Origin: Octopus sinensis
Taxonomy: Eukaryota
Reading direction: 5' to 3'
DNA length: 64,000 nt
Assembly: GCF_006345805.1 (NCBI RefSeq)
Contig: NC_043018.1
Coordinates: 2,790,001 to 2,854,000, forward strand
The position numbers were made by a program, and so were the translations under genes. Under the pieces are notes generated by a model. It made no database searches. It saw nothing but the letters and a program-made list of their open reading frames with translations, and had not been told where the DNA came from. Each line of letters starts with the position of its first letter. Positions within the stretch are counted from its first letter, which is position 1. Shown here piece by piece: positions 13,735-28,188 of the stretch.

Positions 13735-14155
13735 GATGTGAATATTTCGTAATGGACTGGGACTTTAATTCGAGATTTAGGAGAATTGCATATGTGATTA
13801 TAAGAATTATGTGCACTCAAAGAAACACATTTGAATTTAGAATTTGAAATGAAGTGTCAATGAGTAATTATAAGTAATTAAACACTTGTAAAGTAGTCAA
13901 ATATTACATCTATATTCCTCTTAATTGAATGTCACTAACGAACATTACATTTACAAGAGTCGTATATTTCATCTCAGATGCAACATTTTACTACTTTGCA
14001 AGTGTTTAATTGCTTATAATTATTCATTGACACTTCATTTCAAGTTTTAAATGCAGATGTACTTTTTTTTGAGTTCATATAATTCTTAGAGTCACATACG
14101 CAATTCTGCTAAATCTCGAATTCAAATCCCAGTCCATTACAAGATATTCACATCC
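13735..14155. repeat. Imperfect long inverted repeat (~170-bp arms, ~85-bp spacer) with an overlapping direct repeat
   Basis: 13735-13905 matches the reverse complement of 13980-14155. 13663-13712 is directly repeated at 13907-13962. Confidence 0.9.
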
Positions 14156-14859
14156 TCGAAAGAAGAATTCCCTTCTGCTTGATGGAAAGTATCTTATTTC
14201 ATCACCTAACTCCAAACCGAGTGGTTCTTGCTTCCCATCCAATTGACCGGTTGTGATATTTTAACAGACCATCAGGAATCGTGTTCTTTGGCCTGCTTGA
14301 TTCACATAATCAGCAGTGCATCCCAACAATGTCATGATGAAGGATTGCAAAGCCGTGCGTGAGTGATGATAATACTTTCTGTCATGTGATGTGTTGACAT
14401 ACCCTTTCCGAGGCTAATGTCACAGCCCCTAATTATATATAATAACTCATAATTATCAACTGGCTACTGTTTTATATATTTCTTGTTTAAGACTTTGGGC
14501 TGCAACCTAGTTTGGAGACCGACATAAACTGTTGTGCTTTTTACCTCCGTCTGGTACTTAATATGTGATAATTCTTTCCACGCGTAAACAAACCAATACC
14601 GTTTAACTAGCGGCGGTAGGTGTAACAAAGACACATACACACATGTACATGTATTTTTGCATGTATACATGAACTTTCGTACAGGTTTCGTAAACTAATT
14701 CACTCACAAGTCCGGGATGTAGTAAAAATGCTTTTTCTAGGTGACTGCCTTGAAGTCGAACGGAACTCCAAAAGACATAGTTGCTAAGGGAGGTTGTTAC
14801 CTACTCGGTTATGCCAACTAAATTTGATTATGAGCAGGCCTTAAAATGTAAAGAATAAT

Positions 14860-16900
14860 GTATGACGTCACTTATGTAATATTTGGCTGCTTTCATGGCT
14901 TCATTTCCTTTTATATTTACTTGACTCTTCTCTTCGTTTGGAGCTTAAGCTATTGACAAACTTTCTTCATTGCTTCTCTTATTTTGCTGCTTTCTAAGTA
15001 GGTATGTTGGCCCTATATATACCCATTCACGTCTGAAAACATGTGGCCCATCATATTCTGGACTCTATTCAGCATGCAAGGGCATACCAGAAAATTGCTC
15101 TCCAAAGTAGTTTTTTTTAGTTTTATTGTAGTAGAAAATCAACCCTATTGCAATAATGAACGAATCTTGTGGTGTGATTTCTGAAAATATCTACCAATAT
15201 TTTATATCTCAAAATGGCTCAATATCTATTCTCCACGCTGTTAGACCTTGAAATACGCATAACATTATTACCGCTTCATCGATCTAGGTGTCTAATATCA
15301 CCACCACACCAGAGATAGTTTTTCTAAAAGATGTTTAATTCAATGAAGTTAATTATTTTTCACCGAAGAAGTTAATAGACGTAAGGCCATTTGCTTCTGC
15401 AGTGGTAAAATCACGTTTGTAAACATATCAGTTTTTAATCAGAAGTTCTGCCATTGACAAACTTGTAATCCTATATGATTCCACGTATCCAGTTTAATCT
15501 GTAGTTAACTTTCTGAACTTACACTGAAGCATTATCCACGCAGCATTACCGTGAAATTATTGAAGTGTATGACGGTTAGAATTGCGTTGCTGTCATTGGC
15601 GGAAATCTATGAGAAGACATATAAAGAAAAATGATGTTATCAAATGAAATAAATTGGCGGCGCATGTCTACAGAGTTAAATACATACATATATATACACA
15701 CACACACATGTATATATACATGTGTTTGTGTGTGTTTATGTGTCTGTATATGTATGTAATTATGCATGTATGTGTATGTGTGTATGTATGTATATATTTA
15801 TATACATATATACTACACGTACTCCGTCGGGAAATTTATAATATTCCCGAACATGGAATTCCATTAATCGCTTTCTGCACAAATGGAATTCAGTTATTCT
15901 GCCATCTTAGGAAAACTCAGTGGACCGTGCTAATTCATTCGGTGACTATTTTAAGCTAAAAACTATCAGCGTTCATAAATCCTTTGAGCCAATGTGGCGT
16001 CGTAATAATTTCACAAATTAGTTCTTCTCCATATCTGATTTCAGAGCTGTCACAAAAGATGACGCTATCGTCCTGCTGAAATCTGTCAGCTGAAAATACT
16101 GCACAATCATAGAAATTGTAGGATGCTGAAAAAAGAAAAAAAAAACTGCCACCGATCTTTACAAAACTAGACATGTATAACTCTGAGCGACAGGCTTAGA
16201 TAATTCACAACAATCTGCATTAATTACTTCTCTCCTGAAGATATAAGGCTCAGTATAGAGTTCTTAAAGAAATATCGACTACTCCCTCGTCCGTCTCTTT
16301 AATAGAGAAACTGCATGAGAGCTGTAAGTAAAATATACACCAATGCTCACAGGCAAACCTGCTCCTATATTCTCAAATTTCAAGGTAGTTGACCAATTTC
16401 TTAAACCAAAGGTCATTTTGTCTTGAAATAGTATCTAGCAATAACAAAATACTAAATATAATTTCCCCTAGTTTAAGTACAATTGCTACCAAAACACTTC
16501 ATCATTACATTGCTTCGAATATTCTTCAATATGCTCGTTTGCTAGATTTCTTCTTTCGTCACCAAAAACGTCCGGGTTGCTACATTTACAAGACCAATAA
16601 AACATTAGGGCAGGGGACCAAAGAGTTTGATTCTCATCCTTGTTCTTCTTCCGTGATGTACACGTTCATTCCTAGCTTTTTGGCACATGTTGACGAAGAA
16701 GTACAAACTTTTGTTAATGATAAAGCGGTTAATGTATTCTTTATACTCCCGAAACGTATAATTTTTCCTGTATGCTATCAACATATTTTCGTCAGATTTA
16801 AAACCGATCTGATATGAAGCGTAAATAAAGAAATGGTGTCCTTTTCTGCTTTTCATGGTACAAATGAACATAAAATTATAAATTTGGATGTCATAACTTT
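14860..16900 (-). pseudogene. Highly decayed I/Nimb-like LINE ORF2 (RT plus RNase H remnants)
   Basis: Minus-strand motif relics in the expected order: VAIVLKLG/LVNYLEN (RT start), QQDDSVIFC (YxDD region), GII.D.K, and NIKGNEA..KAAK (RNase H). Many stops; the clade call is inference. Confidence 0.5.
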
Positions 16901-17367
16901 CTGATCAAAAGAAAAAGAATTGATTAAAATTACAGTCGTTGTTATTAAAACTCATCACACTTAATAATGTGTCTGGTGAATAAATGCAAAGGCATTAAGC
17001 AGGCAATTTAAGTTAAGAAAAAATGATTAAATATTGAATTCAGTTGGAAATGAGTCTAATTGCCGGAAGAATGATGTCTGTTTTGCGCCTGTTATGGTAG
17101 TCCAGTGTCAAAACATCATCAAATCATATATTTTCTTGAGTATGACTTATGCAGATACAAGTTTTATTATATTGTACATATTATTACGATCCTGAAACGA
17201 AGTCAGGCAAATTTGAATTCAACAGAATTCGGGGCAAAGGCGTTCGGAACCCATACTGCGAAGTATTTAATCCAAATTTCTAAAACAATGATTCTCAAGC
17301 ATATTTGAATATAACCCACAGTTTTCTTCTAATGTCTCTCTTCTACGATTCAAAATCCCCGCCTCAT

Positions 17368-17552
17368 TATATTCTTTTCTACTCTAGGCACAAGATCCGG
17401 ATATGGTGGGGGAGGAGGCCAGGCGGTTAGATCAAACCCAGTACGCAACTGGTACTTAATTTATCGACCCCGAAACGATGAAAAGCAAAGTCGACCTCGG
17501 CGGGATTTGAACTCAGAATGTAATGATAGACAAAATACCGCTGATCATTTAT
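17368..17552 (-). mobile_element. SINE family B
   Basis: Reverse complement of the B-box and central domain (ttatcgaccccgaaacgatgaaaagcaaagtcgacctcgg). Confidence 0.85.
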
Positions 17553-17577
17553 ACATAGTAGTGTTATATTTATGTGT

Positions 17578-17630
<53 letters not shown>

Positions 17631-17684
17631 ATATATATATATATATGTATGTATGTAGATATATGTATGTGTGTGTGCGTGTAT

Positions 17685-17894
17685 GTTTGTGTTTGTCCCC
17701 CTTGCATTGCTTGACAACCGATGCTGGTGTGTTTATGTCCCCGTCACTTAGCGGTTCGGCAAAAGAGACCGATAGAATAAGTACTGGGCTTATAAAAGAA
17801 TAAATCCAGGGGTCGAGTTGCTCGATTAAAGACGGTGCTCCAGCATGGCCGCAGTCAAATGACTGAAACAAGTAAAAGAGAGTAAAAGAGAGAG
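17685..17894 (+). mobile_element. SINE family A, 3' half
   Basis: Near-identical to 9510-9724, including the GTAAAAGA tail. Confidence 0.9.
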
Positions 17895-17994
17895 TATATT
17901 TTTGTATTTTTTATTCGTTTCAGCCACGTATGTGCGGTCATGCTGCAACGACATATCTGTCTATCTATCTATTATACATAACATACACACAGAT

Positions 17995-18035
<41 letters not shown>

Positions 18036-18344
18036 ACATATATATATATATATATATATATCATATATGGTTTATTTAGACCTTGTTAATGTTAACAATA
18101 ACTCACATCAAGTTATAGATAGGAATATATAGTGCTTGTTGTCAGCTAAATTCAAAATAATATCTTTAGGGAGGCAACACATGCTGTGTCTAAAAGAATA
18201 TAATTTAAATACACATATATTTATATCAGTTTCGAATGTGTATATTAATTACTTTCTTTTCGATTCCGTGTCTTTTACCTCAATAAATATATTATATATA
18301 TACACACATACGTATGCGATATATATAGATTAGTTGCTTATTGC

Positions 18345-18570
18345 CCACATGGGGCTAAACATAGAGGGGACGAGGAGATAAAGAAGGACAGACAGAGGTA
18401 TTAAGTCACTTAAATCGACCCAAGAGCGTAACTCGTACTTATGTTATCGACCACGAATGTATGAAAGGCAAAAACGACCTCGCCGGAATTTGAACTCAGA
18501 ACGTGACAGCAGATTAAATACCACTATGCATTTCGTCTGGCGTGCTAACGTTTCCGCCAGCTCGCTGCCC
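18345..18570 (-). mobile_element. SINE family B, full length with head
   Basis: Reverse-complement head gggcagcgagctggcggaaacgttagcacgcc, central domain, tail ccccatgtgggcaataag. Confidence 0.8.
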
Positions 18571-18582
18571 TTTATATATTGA

Positions 18583-18740
18583 CGTGGCTATGTGGTAAGA
18601 AGCTTGTTTCCTAACCATATGGTTCCTCTTTCAGTCCCACAGTGTGGCACGTTGGACAAGTGACTTCTGCTACAACCTCGGGCCAATCAAAACACTGTGA
18701 GTGGATTTGGTAGACGAAGACTGAAAGAAGCCCGAAGTAT
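18583..18740 (+). mobile_element. SINE family A, 5' half
   Basis: gtggctatgtggtaag...gaaagaagcccg followed by (TATG)n. Confidence 0.8.
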
Positions 18741-18769
18741 GTATGTATGTATGTATTTCTCTTTGTCTT

Positions 18770-18839
<70 letters not shown>

Positions 18840-20366
18840 AAACAGAATATATAATTGGTACAAAAGTTCTGCAAACGAATCTTTAATTCTAAGTCTCTAT
18901 TTGTTTCTGCTCATGACTAGGACGCGTATGATTTGCTTCGGGACTGCAAAAGGCTTTGAAAAACCACTACGAACTCCGAATTTGTTTCATATTTTATAGT
19001 TTTAGGCTCTATGATTTTATCAGCATGTACCATTCTTCTAGAATTACTCCAAATTTTGCCGTAGATAAAGAACCTAAATCCAAAAGACACATTCTTTGAG
19101 TAGAATGAGATAAACTTAATCGTTTACTATTTTATATGTAATGAGGCGGATACCTTCGAAAAACATGATAAAGCATACATGGGTTGAATATCACATATAT
19201 TTTTATGGAGTGAAGTTAAATCTTGTTATTTGAACGTTGTTTGAGCAATTTGCATCTTTATTAAGTGATTCAAAAATGTGTGAAAAAGATAGGAAAATGA
19301 CATGATCAAAGTATTTAGTACATATCGTTATGTTCGTGTGTTGTAATTATATATGAATTTAAATATTTCTCATTTCGTTAGTGCAAATTTGAAATTAAAA
19401 CATGAATGTGAATTAATACCGTTTAGTTATGGAAATCAGATAAGTTACAACGCTACCGTCTTTCGGTTTCATTAAGTTCCTTTAATCGCCAACCGTTCGG
19501 TTTCGGGTTTGAAAGCTGTAGTTGTTTTATGCAGATATACATCTTTACACACACACATACAAACACACACACACACAGACACAAACATATACAGACACAC
19601 AGACACCACACACACACAGAGAGCCAAGGGCACACAGAGACAAATATAGAGGGAGAGAGGAACTGGTAGAAAACAAGTGCAAGAGCGAAGTTAGAAATGA
19701 AGTAGGCGAAGATACGTAATTAATTTCTTTAAGTATTCTTGCATTCCTTGCATTCTTTCAATGGTTTTCTCTTGATAATATCTAACATCATTTCTGCTTC
19801 CAACATCAAAGGTCATCACTGATATGCGTCATCATCAAAAAGGATTTCTAGGATATTGACTTAACAAAAAATCTAAGACCTAAGCATTTCTACTGCAGAA
19901 TAACGAGGGGAATAACACGGATTTTTCGTTTACAAACAGCTTAATTATTAAAGCCAAAAGAAAACAACGACCTCGTTACGTCTTTAATGAACTGCATCAG
20001 AATAATTAATACGTTTCTGTATTTTCTGGATTTTAATTATTTTCTTCCTTTAATTATTTTTAAAATTATTTTCCGTGTGTGAGAGAATGTGGTATTTTTA
20101 CGTATGCAAGAGTCTGGAATTGTGGTGAATATATCGTGGCGTACTACAATTAACAATACACATGCATAAGTTTATATACGCATATAAGCAAACGTGCATA
20201 CACAGGCATATAATCATTTATATACATACCTATATATATATATACTATATAACTTATGCATCTGTGTGTGTGTGTGAGTGTGTATTTATATGTATATGCA
20301 GGCATGTATGTGTCAATTCATACGAATTGACACATTCACACACTCAAAGTGCCTTTGTGTGCACTA

Positions 20367-20398
<32 letters not shown>

Positions 20399-21659
20399 TT
20401 TCTATCAAAAAGTGTTGGCGTAAGATCGACAAACAAAGAAGAGAACGCAGTATGTTGGTAATTTTACTATGCAAATTGGTAAATCATTAGAAGTTATATT
20501 TTATACCGATACGCATATGATTACACATATGATGTGTGCCTGCGTGTGTGTATGTTTTCAGAAAAAAATTAGAGTGTAGGAAAGAGAGATAAGGGGAGAA
20601 AGGTAGGTTTTTGGTGTGCGTATGTAAATGCACTACGTTTGTGACTTCATGTATTTCCTTTAGTTTTTAGTTGAAAGTTGATAACACAAATATCAACACT
20701 AATAAAATATATGTTCATCTATTGATTTCTAATTATCGACCTTTTATCTATAACTCTTCAATCATTGGTCATAATATTTCGCAACCAATAACTCGATATT
20801 GGAAAACTACTGATTAAAGCATTGAAATTGGTTTGTGACTTTTTCCTGTAAAGCAAAATATATAAAACAAATCAACTTCACTTATTCTGAAAACTAAAAA
20901 CAAAAACAAAAGAGGAAATTATCAAAATATTTTTTTAATTGGTCTCCATCTTTACACAGTAATTCATCGGCGGATATTTCCTATCTACGAATTCTATTTA
21001 CATAACGGGCAAACTTTATCTCCGAAGCAACGTGGACGTTGTGTTGCAACGAAAAATGTCTGCGTTAGTTACCTTGTCTGCGTTAGTCCTGCTTCATAAA
21101 AGCTTTGGAAGATCACGTAATTTCGCCTTGCTTTGGATTTCTCAGAGACAGACAGTCAGTTGTGACACATAAGCAAAATATCTCATCACTGATATATAGA
21201 AGATCAGGGTCTATTCAGGCACTGAACTTGCAAATTGTTTAGGGGGCTTACAGCAGTAAATCACTTTATCTGACAGTTCCCCAGTTGTAGGAACCCGTTT
21301 TCTTCGATCAACTATATCAATACATGTACTTTTATGCACCATGAATCGATACGATAGATCCTCTGAAGGTTAAATAACGCAGTATTGTTTGGTTCTAATA
21401 CTTCAACCATTTTACATTGTAGGTAAAAACTCCTTTTTGGTATTAAAACTGCCTCCGTGGCTATCATTTTCTATTTACCCAAATCCATGTCTGCGTTAGT
21501 TTCGTATCTCCGCTTAGATGGTAGTTGATATCGTATGAGGAAAAGTCTACTAGCCCAATAATTCAAATGATATAATATACGGTAGTGCTTAGAGAAAGAA
21601 TAATTTGCAACATAACATGTACATTTTCCCGCTGATATAAAATATATTCTGGCGAGGTT

Positions 21660-22270
21660 TAAGCTCACTACGTAATGACCTGGAGCCCAAAACCCAGATC
21701 GGGTACATTATGTAGCAATTGATAGGACTGCGATGAAATAAGCGTATTTAATTATATATATATCATCTGTCTAAGCCTTTTTTTTTTTTTGCTTAGTGCA
21801 GAGTATAATGTTTTGGGCCTTAGCCTACCTTCCTAGACTGACATTATTCATGACATTAACGTTCCGCCCAAAGAAAAACGTTTACCCATCCATTAGGAGA
21901 ACATGACCATGAGGGTAAGTCCAGAGAGCCAAAGATCAGTGGTGAAAGCGCTTGGCATTGGGATCTGCGTGTTTTCTGGGGGATGTCGGCTTTAAACGAA
22001 TTGTGCAAATAATCATCGAAATGTGAAACAAGAAAAGATGTTCAGCAATTTGGGGAACGGCTTTGTTAATGGTTGCCGCCCTTATATCATGGATGGTAGA
22101 AATCAGTAGAATATGGCGATAGTTTGTTGGGTGGGAGGGATTAGATCTTGGTGTGTGACAGAGCGTAGCGTGTTTCAAAATGTCAGGATGTGGAACGTTG
22201 GAGTGGTCGAGAATTATAAGGTAAATTTCTAAGGAGCAATTCAGATTCCATGGTATCGGGAAAGCCAATA
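21660..22270 (-). pseudogene. CR1/Jockey-like LINE RT fragment
   Basis: ORF 21936-22268 has FPIPWN...SNPSHPTNYRHILLIS (cf. FP..WK...NYRPISLLS). A decayed GVPQGSVLGP-like motif lies near 21690. Confidence 0.65.
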
Positions 22271-22339
22271 AGTCAGTTCGCCTTTTTTTTCAGGGCGAAA
22301 TAAGACAAAAGTTTTAAATATAATGCAATTTATTCCGTG

Positions 22340-23225
22340 GTATAATTTCTATTTTGTATCATCTCAAAGAATTACCTGTCTTTAGTGTTTAATTTTCACA
22401 TTCTCTTGGGAGCAGTAGCTCTGCCCATTGAATGAATTTTGGAGAAAGCGAAACAAGTGAAAATCTGGAGCGATTATAAAGGTGTGGCAAGCTCCCAGCC
22501 AAGCCTCATTAGCGTATACTGTGTACTACATAGAAACGTGTAATCTAGCATATTTCATGATGAAAAGCAATTCTCTTGTGATTGGTGAGTGATAAACTCT
22601 TCTGGTGGATTTCTGCATTTAACATTTAATTCAATTTGTCCAGCTGGTCACAGTACGCATCGAAACTGATAGGCTTATCCGTTGGAAGAATTGTGTAAGG
22701 GTTTCCTATCTTCCAATCTTTACAATCTGGAAGTATTACTTCTTTGGGCCGAGTCTTGCTTTACGAGGTTGTGTCTGATGGTTTGCCGTACTTCGGTCTT
22801 GCTCGTTTGCGTTTTACATTGCTATACACGATCCATTTTTCGTCCCTTGTCATCACAGACCTGACACATAAAGGAAGCAAACATCGAGTCTGCTGAGATA
22901 ACCAGTTTTATGCAGTTGTTTTTCAACATTTCATTTAGATATCTGGCGAACATCTGTGATCAGCTTGGTCGTATGACTGGGTAGGTTTGGATACATTTCT
23001 TAACTTTTTCTGGCCAGATCGAGGTACATCATGTATGGGCAAATTTCCCAATTTAAATTTTGAAACCACTTCAGACACACTCGCTCCGTAACAGCATCCT
23101 CTGCATATATAGCAAATATCTTTCTGCGGGTTTCTTCTGTTTTCTTGATTTTTTTTTTCTTTTCTTGGTTTCAAACCAAAGCATGATGTGACGATTATGT
23201 TCGGTCTGCTACTTCCATTTTCAGT
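22340..23225 (-). pseudogene. Decayed mariner transposase
   Basis: Across frames: HIMLWF, EDAVTERVCLKWF..FKLGNLPIHDVPRSG (cf. WFAKFRSGDFSL.DE.RSGRP), YCDQLDKLN and HHEN (cf. HHDNARPH). Confidence 0.8.
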
Positions 23226-24050
23226 GTGATCTCAAGCATAAAATATACGACCTCTCTCGTCGCAAGTTCATTTCGAAGAATGTTACTGTATAAGGCATCT
23301 ATGTGCAACGGAAAAAAAGAACGCATATTTTCATCGCTCTCAGTAATTTTTTACTTGGTAAATGAGTATGAAGTGTGGTTCCTGGCAAAGTGGGAACGGA
23401 TTAATACGGAGGAAATTCGTTGCTGGAAAGCAGTATAAAGTTGGGTGCAAGGTGGAATCGATTTTTCGTGAGAGTGTCACGTTGTGTCACTCAGGAATGT
23501 TCCTCATTTTATGTTACTCCACTCCATTCAAGTGAAAATTCTATCTTGTTTCCTAACTTTTATTAAGCAGAAACGATCACAATAAATAAAACAACAGACA
23601 GAAAATAATAAAGTTTTAACTTAATCTTTCTTCACTTTTCAGGTTTCCTCTTTCGTGCACAAAATATCCTCACCATACAGTCACTCTCAGTCACTCTCTC
23701 CCTTACTCTCCTTGCTCACTTACTAATTATCGTGGTTTCTGTCACCCCTCTCTCCGTCTGAGTCATTCTCCCCTCTCTCTACATATCTGTCAATCACGCT
23801 CTATCCATTGTCCTCTCCATTGATAACTCTCCTCTGTCTTTCTGTTGTTACTCTGTGGTTATACACATAGGCACAGACACAGCGACACACACTCACAGGC
23901 ACACACACACACACACACACACACGCACAAACACAAACACACACACATATACATACACACACACACTTACACACACTCGCACACACACGAATATATACAT
24001 GTATATATACGCTTATACAAAGCTTATAAATTGATTATTGTATGCGTATT

Positions 24051-24091
<41 letters not shown>

Positions 24092-24299
24092 GTATACGCC
24101 AGTAATTATTATCTCTGTCCACTCTCCAGACAATACATATCTTGCTTCGGTGTTTTTTTCTCCTTCTTCTTTTTCCGATATTATCGTCTCTCATATTAAA
24201 TCAAAAGAGGTGAGTAACGGAATAAATCTTAGAATGTCCTTTGATTCGGAAATATTATTTCTACGTTATCAAATGCCTATATACCAGTATCACAATCAA

Positions 24300-24585
24300 C
24301 AACAATAACACTGACACAAACACACACACACACACATACACAACAGCAGCAGCTGCTACAACAACAACAACAACAACAACAACCATAACTATAACTACAA
24401 CCGTATAACCAATAACAACAACGTTGGCAATAACAACAAAACGACTCTCAAACACAAATAACAGCTCCACTAAAAGACAAGAATCGCAACCAATTTCTAC
24501 TGGTGAATATTTTTCCCTTTTGGTGGCTCTGAACCGATATAAATTATCATCATCATCATCATCATCATTATTATTATTATCATCA

Positions 24586-24636
<51 letters not shown>

Positions 24637-24900
24637 TATTACTATATTATTATTATATATTATTATTATTATTATATTATTATTGTTATTATTGTTATAT
24701 TGTTATTATATATTATTATTATTATTATTATTACTATTATTATTATTATATTATTATTATTATATTATTGTTATTATTATTATTATTGTTATTATTATTA
24801 TTATCATTATTATTATTATTACCATCACCATCATCGTCATTATAATCGTTGTCGTCATCATCATCATCATCACAATCGTCGCTGTCGTCTTTATTTTTAT
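24300..24900. repeat. (CAA)n, (CAT)n and (ATT)n microsatellite mosaic
   Basis: Directly visible. Confidence 0.9.
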
Positions 24901-25262
24901 TCATAATATTATTAATGCCAGGGTTTTTGTTGTTCTGATTATTATCGTCCATAATATTAATAACAACAACCGCATTCAGAAAATATATACATGAAACTAT
25001 TAATGCAAAACTATCAGAATATCGGCACTGCTCTCAGAGTTGCAGACGAAAAGGATGAAAATATTTTACGCACGAAAAAGATATGAAAACCGTAGCTTTC
25101 ATTAATATCTCGTGAGTAGAATTTGCTAGATGGAAACCGTGAACAAACCCGTCATATGCAATTATCTCACTCTGCCTGTATGTTGGTCTATCTATCTATC
25201 TATCTATCTATCTATATACATATATATATATATATGTATATAGATAGATACATACACACACA

Positions 25263-25306
<44 letters not shown>

Positions 25307-25499
25307 AAGGCGTAACAAATATGTACAGGTGTCAATACATTACAGCCATATATACAACGTATAGAAGGTGGTAGAGGCCTTATATAGTTAGAAAACTATT
25401 ACAAAATACCACAATAGGACTGCAAATACCTACTTTAGAAGCAAAATAGCTGCAAAACATGAACAAAACAAATACAAACAAGAAACCATACTACCTAAG

Positions 25500-26428
25500 T
25501 ACTATGAAGAAGAAGTAAGAACAAAAGATGTAAAACAAAATGAAATCCAAACTAAAACTAGAACAGCAACGGACCATCATAAAGCGATGGCAAGAAAAGC
25601 ACCTTCATGGCAAATACTGGACTAAACTAAATGCAAAAGAAATAGACAAAGAAAACTCCCAGCAATGGCTGAGAAGCTCATGACTCAAAGCAGAGACAGG
25701 GGGACTTTTAATTGCAGCACAAGACCAAGCCTCCCCACCAGAAATTACCAAAAACATATTAATGAAAAGAAATATAACAAATTACTGCAGAATATGTGGA
25801 GATGGACAAGAAACAATAAATCATATTGTATCTGGCTACCCAAAAGGAATATATTTACAGACACGACACACTGGAAGCTATGCCAACACTATGACATAAC
25901 AGCAGAAAAAAGATGGTACAAGGACACGCCTGAAAAGGTTACAGAAAGGTTACAGAAAGTAACAAACTTTGGGATATGCCAATACACACAGATAGAGAAA
26001 TTAAGGCCAATAGGCCAGATATAGTTGTCAGAGATCATGAAGAACAAGAGTGCTTTCTAATTGATGTATAAATACCAAATGATGTCAACGTTTCTCTATC
26101 AGAAATGGAGAATCTTTCAAAATACAAAGACCTGGAAATAAGGAAATGTGGAATCTGAAAACAGAAACAATTCCTATCATAGTAGGTGCATTAGGCATGA
26201 TAAAAAAATATTCAGACAAATACATAACAAAAACACCAGGACTTACAAACACATATAACATACAGCCAATTGCACTACTAGGCACTGCACACATCCTACG
26301 CAAAAAAGAACACTTTCCATACAATAACCATCAGAGCATCACAAAAAATCACAGCACATACCCAAGGCACACAGAGCTGCGCTCGGTAGTGAAGTGAAAG
26401 CACGCTCTATAAAATAAAACTACTGAAT
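25500..26428 (+). mobile_element. 5'-truncated R4/Dong-type RLE LINE (frameshifted) ending in a (TAA)n array
   Basis: RWQEK.LHGKYW, WLRSS.LKAETGGLLIAAQDQSL, CRICGDGQETINHIVSG zinc knuckle, RLE PD..D motif and ETIPIIVGALGMIKK. The 3' end runs into (TAA)n at 26428-26525. Confidence 0.9.
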
Positions 26429-26481
26429 AATAATAATAATAATAGATAATAATAATAATATAATAATAATATAATAATAAA

Positions 26482-26519
<38 letters not shown>

Positions 26520-27054
26520 TAATACCAAGAAGTATAAGCATAACAATTTTCATCTTAATCATATATTAATGCATTCAAATAACTATAATAAAAACACCAA
26601 TAATATTATAAGATCAAATATAATAAAATTATGAAAATACTGAATAAAATCGTTGCGCAGTTTGAGCAATAAATATCGTTGGAAAATCTTATCACTAAAT
26701 CATACAAATATATATGCACTACGTCTACTAAAGTTAAAATCGGTTATTATATCTTCTGATAACTGTAAATGTAAATTCTAAATCTAATATACATTCTTTG
26801 CCATTCTTATTTAGGAGTTAAATGATAAACTTATTATTACACGCTATTATTAGACGTAACTCCTTATAAATCAGTTCTTAAATTTTGCAATTGTACTTTT
26901 GAGAAAGCGTGAAAATTTGAAATTGTAAAGCCAACAGTATTAACAAGCATTAAGTATGACTTATTTGATCCCTACTGAAAAATATTGTATTTCCAATTCT
27001 TAGAATTTCTCAGAAAGTTTATTGCAATAATCTAGAACTCACTTTTCACTCTAC

Positions 27055-27320
27055 CTGTTGCTTCGTCTTTTCGGGGTCGATAAATTAAGTACCAATTACG
27101 CACTGGAGTCGATATAATCGACTTAATCCGTCTGTCTGTGCTTGTTGTCTAATATGTGCTTAGCCCCTTGTGGGTAGTAAAGAAATAGGTATATTGTCTG
27201 TCCTGAATTCAACTTCCACCGAGGTCGACTTTGCCTTTCATGCTTTCGGGATCGATAAGTACCAGTTTCGTCCGGGGGTCCCCTAAAATTTCGAGCCTTG
27301 TGACTAGGGTAGAAAATAAT
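27055..27320 (+). mobile_element. Two abutting/nested SINE family B segments
   Basis: The central domain appears twice, joined at aaagaaata|ggtatattgtctg. Confidence 0.75.
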
Positions 27321-27398
27321 TTTAATATTATTAATATTGGAACGTATATCTTTTGTATATGAGTATGTATATGTAAGTGTGTTGTCAATGTATGCGTA

Positions 27399-27697
27399 CA
27401 ATAATCCCTCGACTATCGAGGGTGTTACGTTCCAGATCCCACCCCGCGATAGGTGAAAAAATCCGTGAAGTAGAAATAGTACTGTGCTGTATATTATTTT
27501 TGTAATTTGAATATATTTATTTTATTATAAATGCAAAGCAACACAGCAGATATATCAATGAAGCTTAAGTAATAAACCGTGATAGGTGAACCGCGATAGG
27601 TGAACCGCGATAGGTGAACCGCGATAGATGATCCGCGATATGTGAACCGCGATAGGTGAACCGCGATAGGTGAACCGCGATAGGTGAACCGCGATAT
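27399..27697 (+). mobile_element. pogo/Tigger-like MITE lacking the right TIR; subterminal 14-bp motif amplified about 8 times
   Basis: The left end caataatccctcgactatcgagggtgttacgttcc..ccccgcgataggtgaaaa resembles Tigger-type TIRs. (GTGAACCGCGATAG) x8 at 27586-27697. Confidence 0.6.
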
Positions 27698-28141
27698 GTG
27701 TATGTAGAGGTTTGCGTGCAAGTACATGTAATTGCATGTATGTATGTGTATGCATGTATAACAGCATATGCACATGTTGCTATTTCAATGCACTTTTATT
27801 CTCCTTTGTTTTGGTGTGTGTCTTACTTTGGGTGTAAAGCCAATTACACTTCTTTGCATTTCATACACACCTTGACATCGCATGGGTGTGTATTTTATAA
27901 ACGCTCATGTATGTGCAGTTCGTCTGTGTGCGGATGGATGTAATTACTTCCATCTGGAAGCATAGATTGTGTATATACGTGTGCATGATACCTCTGCATA
28001 TGCAACAATCTATATTGCTGCCCACCTATGCATACGCAATTGTTCGTAATATAATATACAGGTGTGCGTATGTATATAAGTGTACATGTGCTTGCATGTA
28101 TTGATATGCGTATATGTTTTCATGCACATGCACACACACAC

Positions 28142-28188
<47 letters not shown>

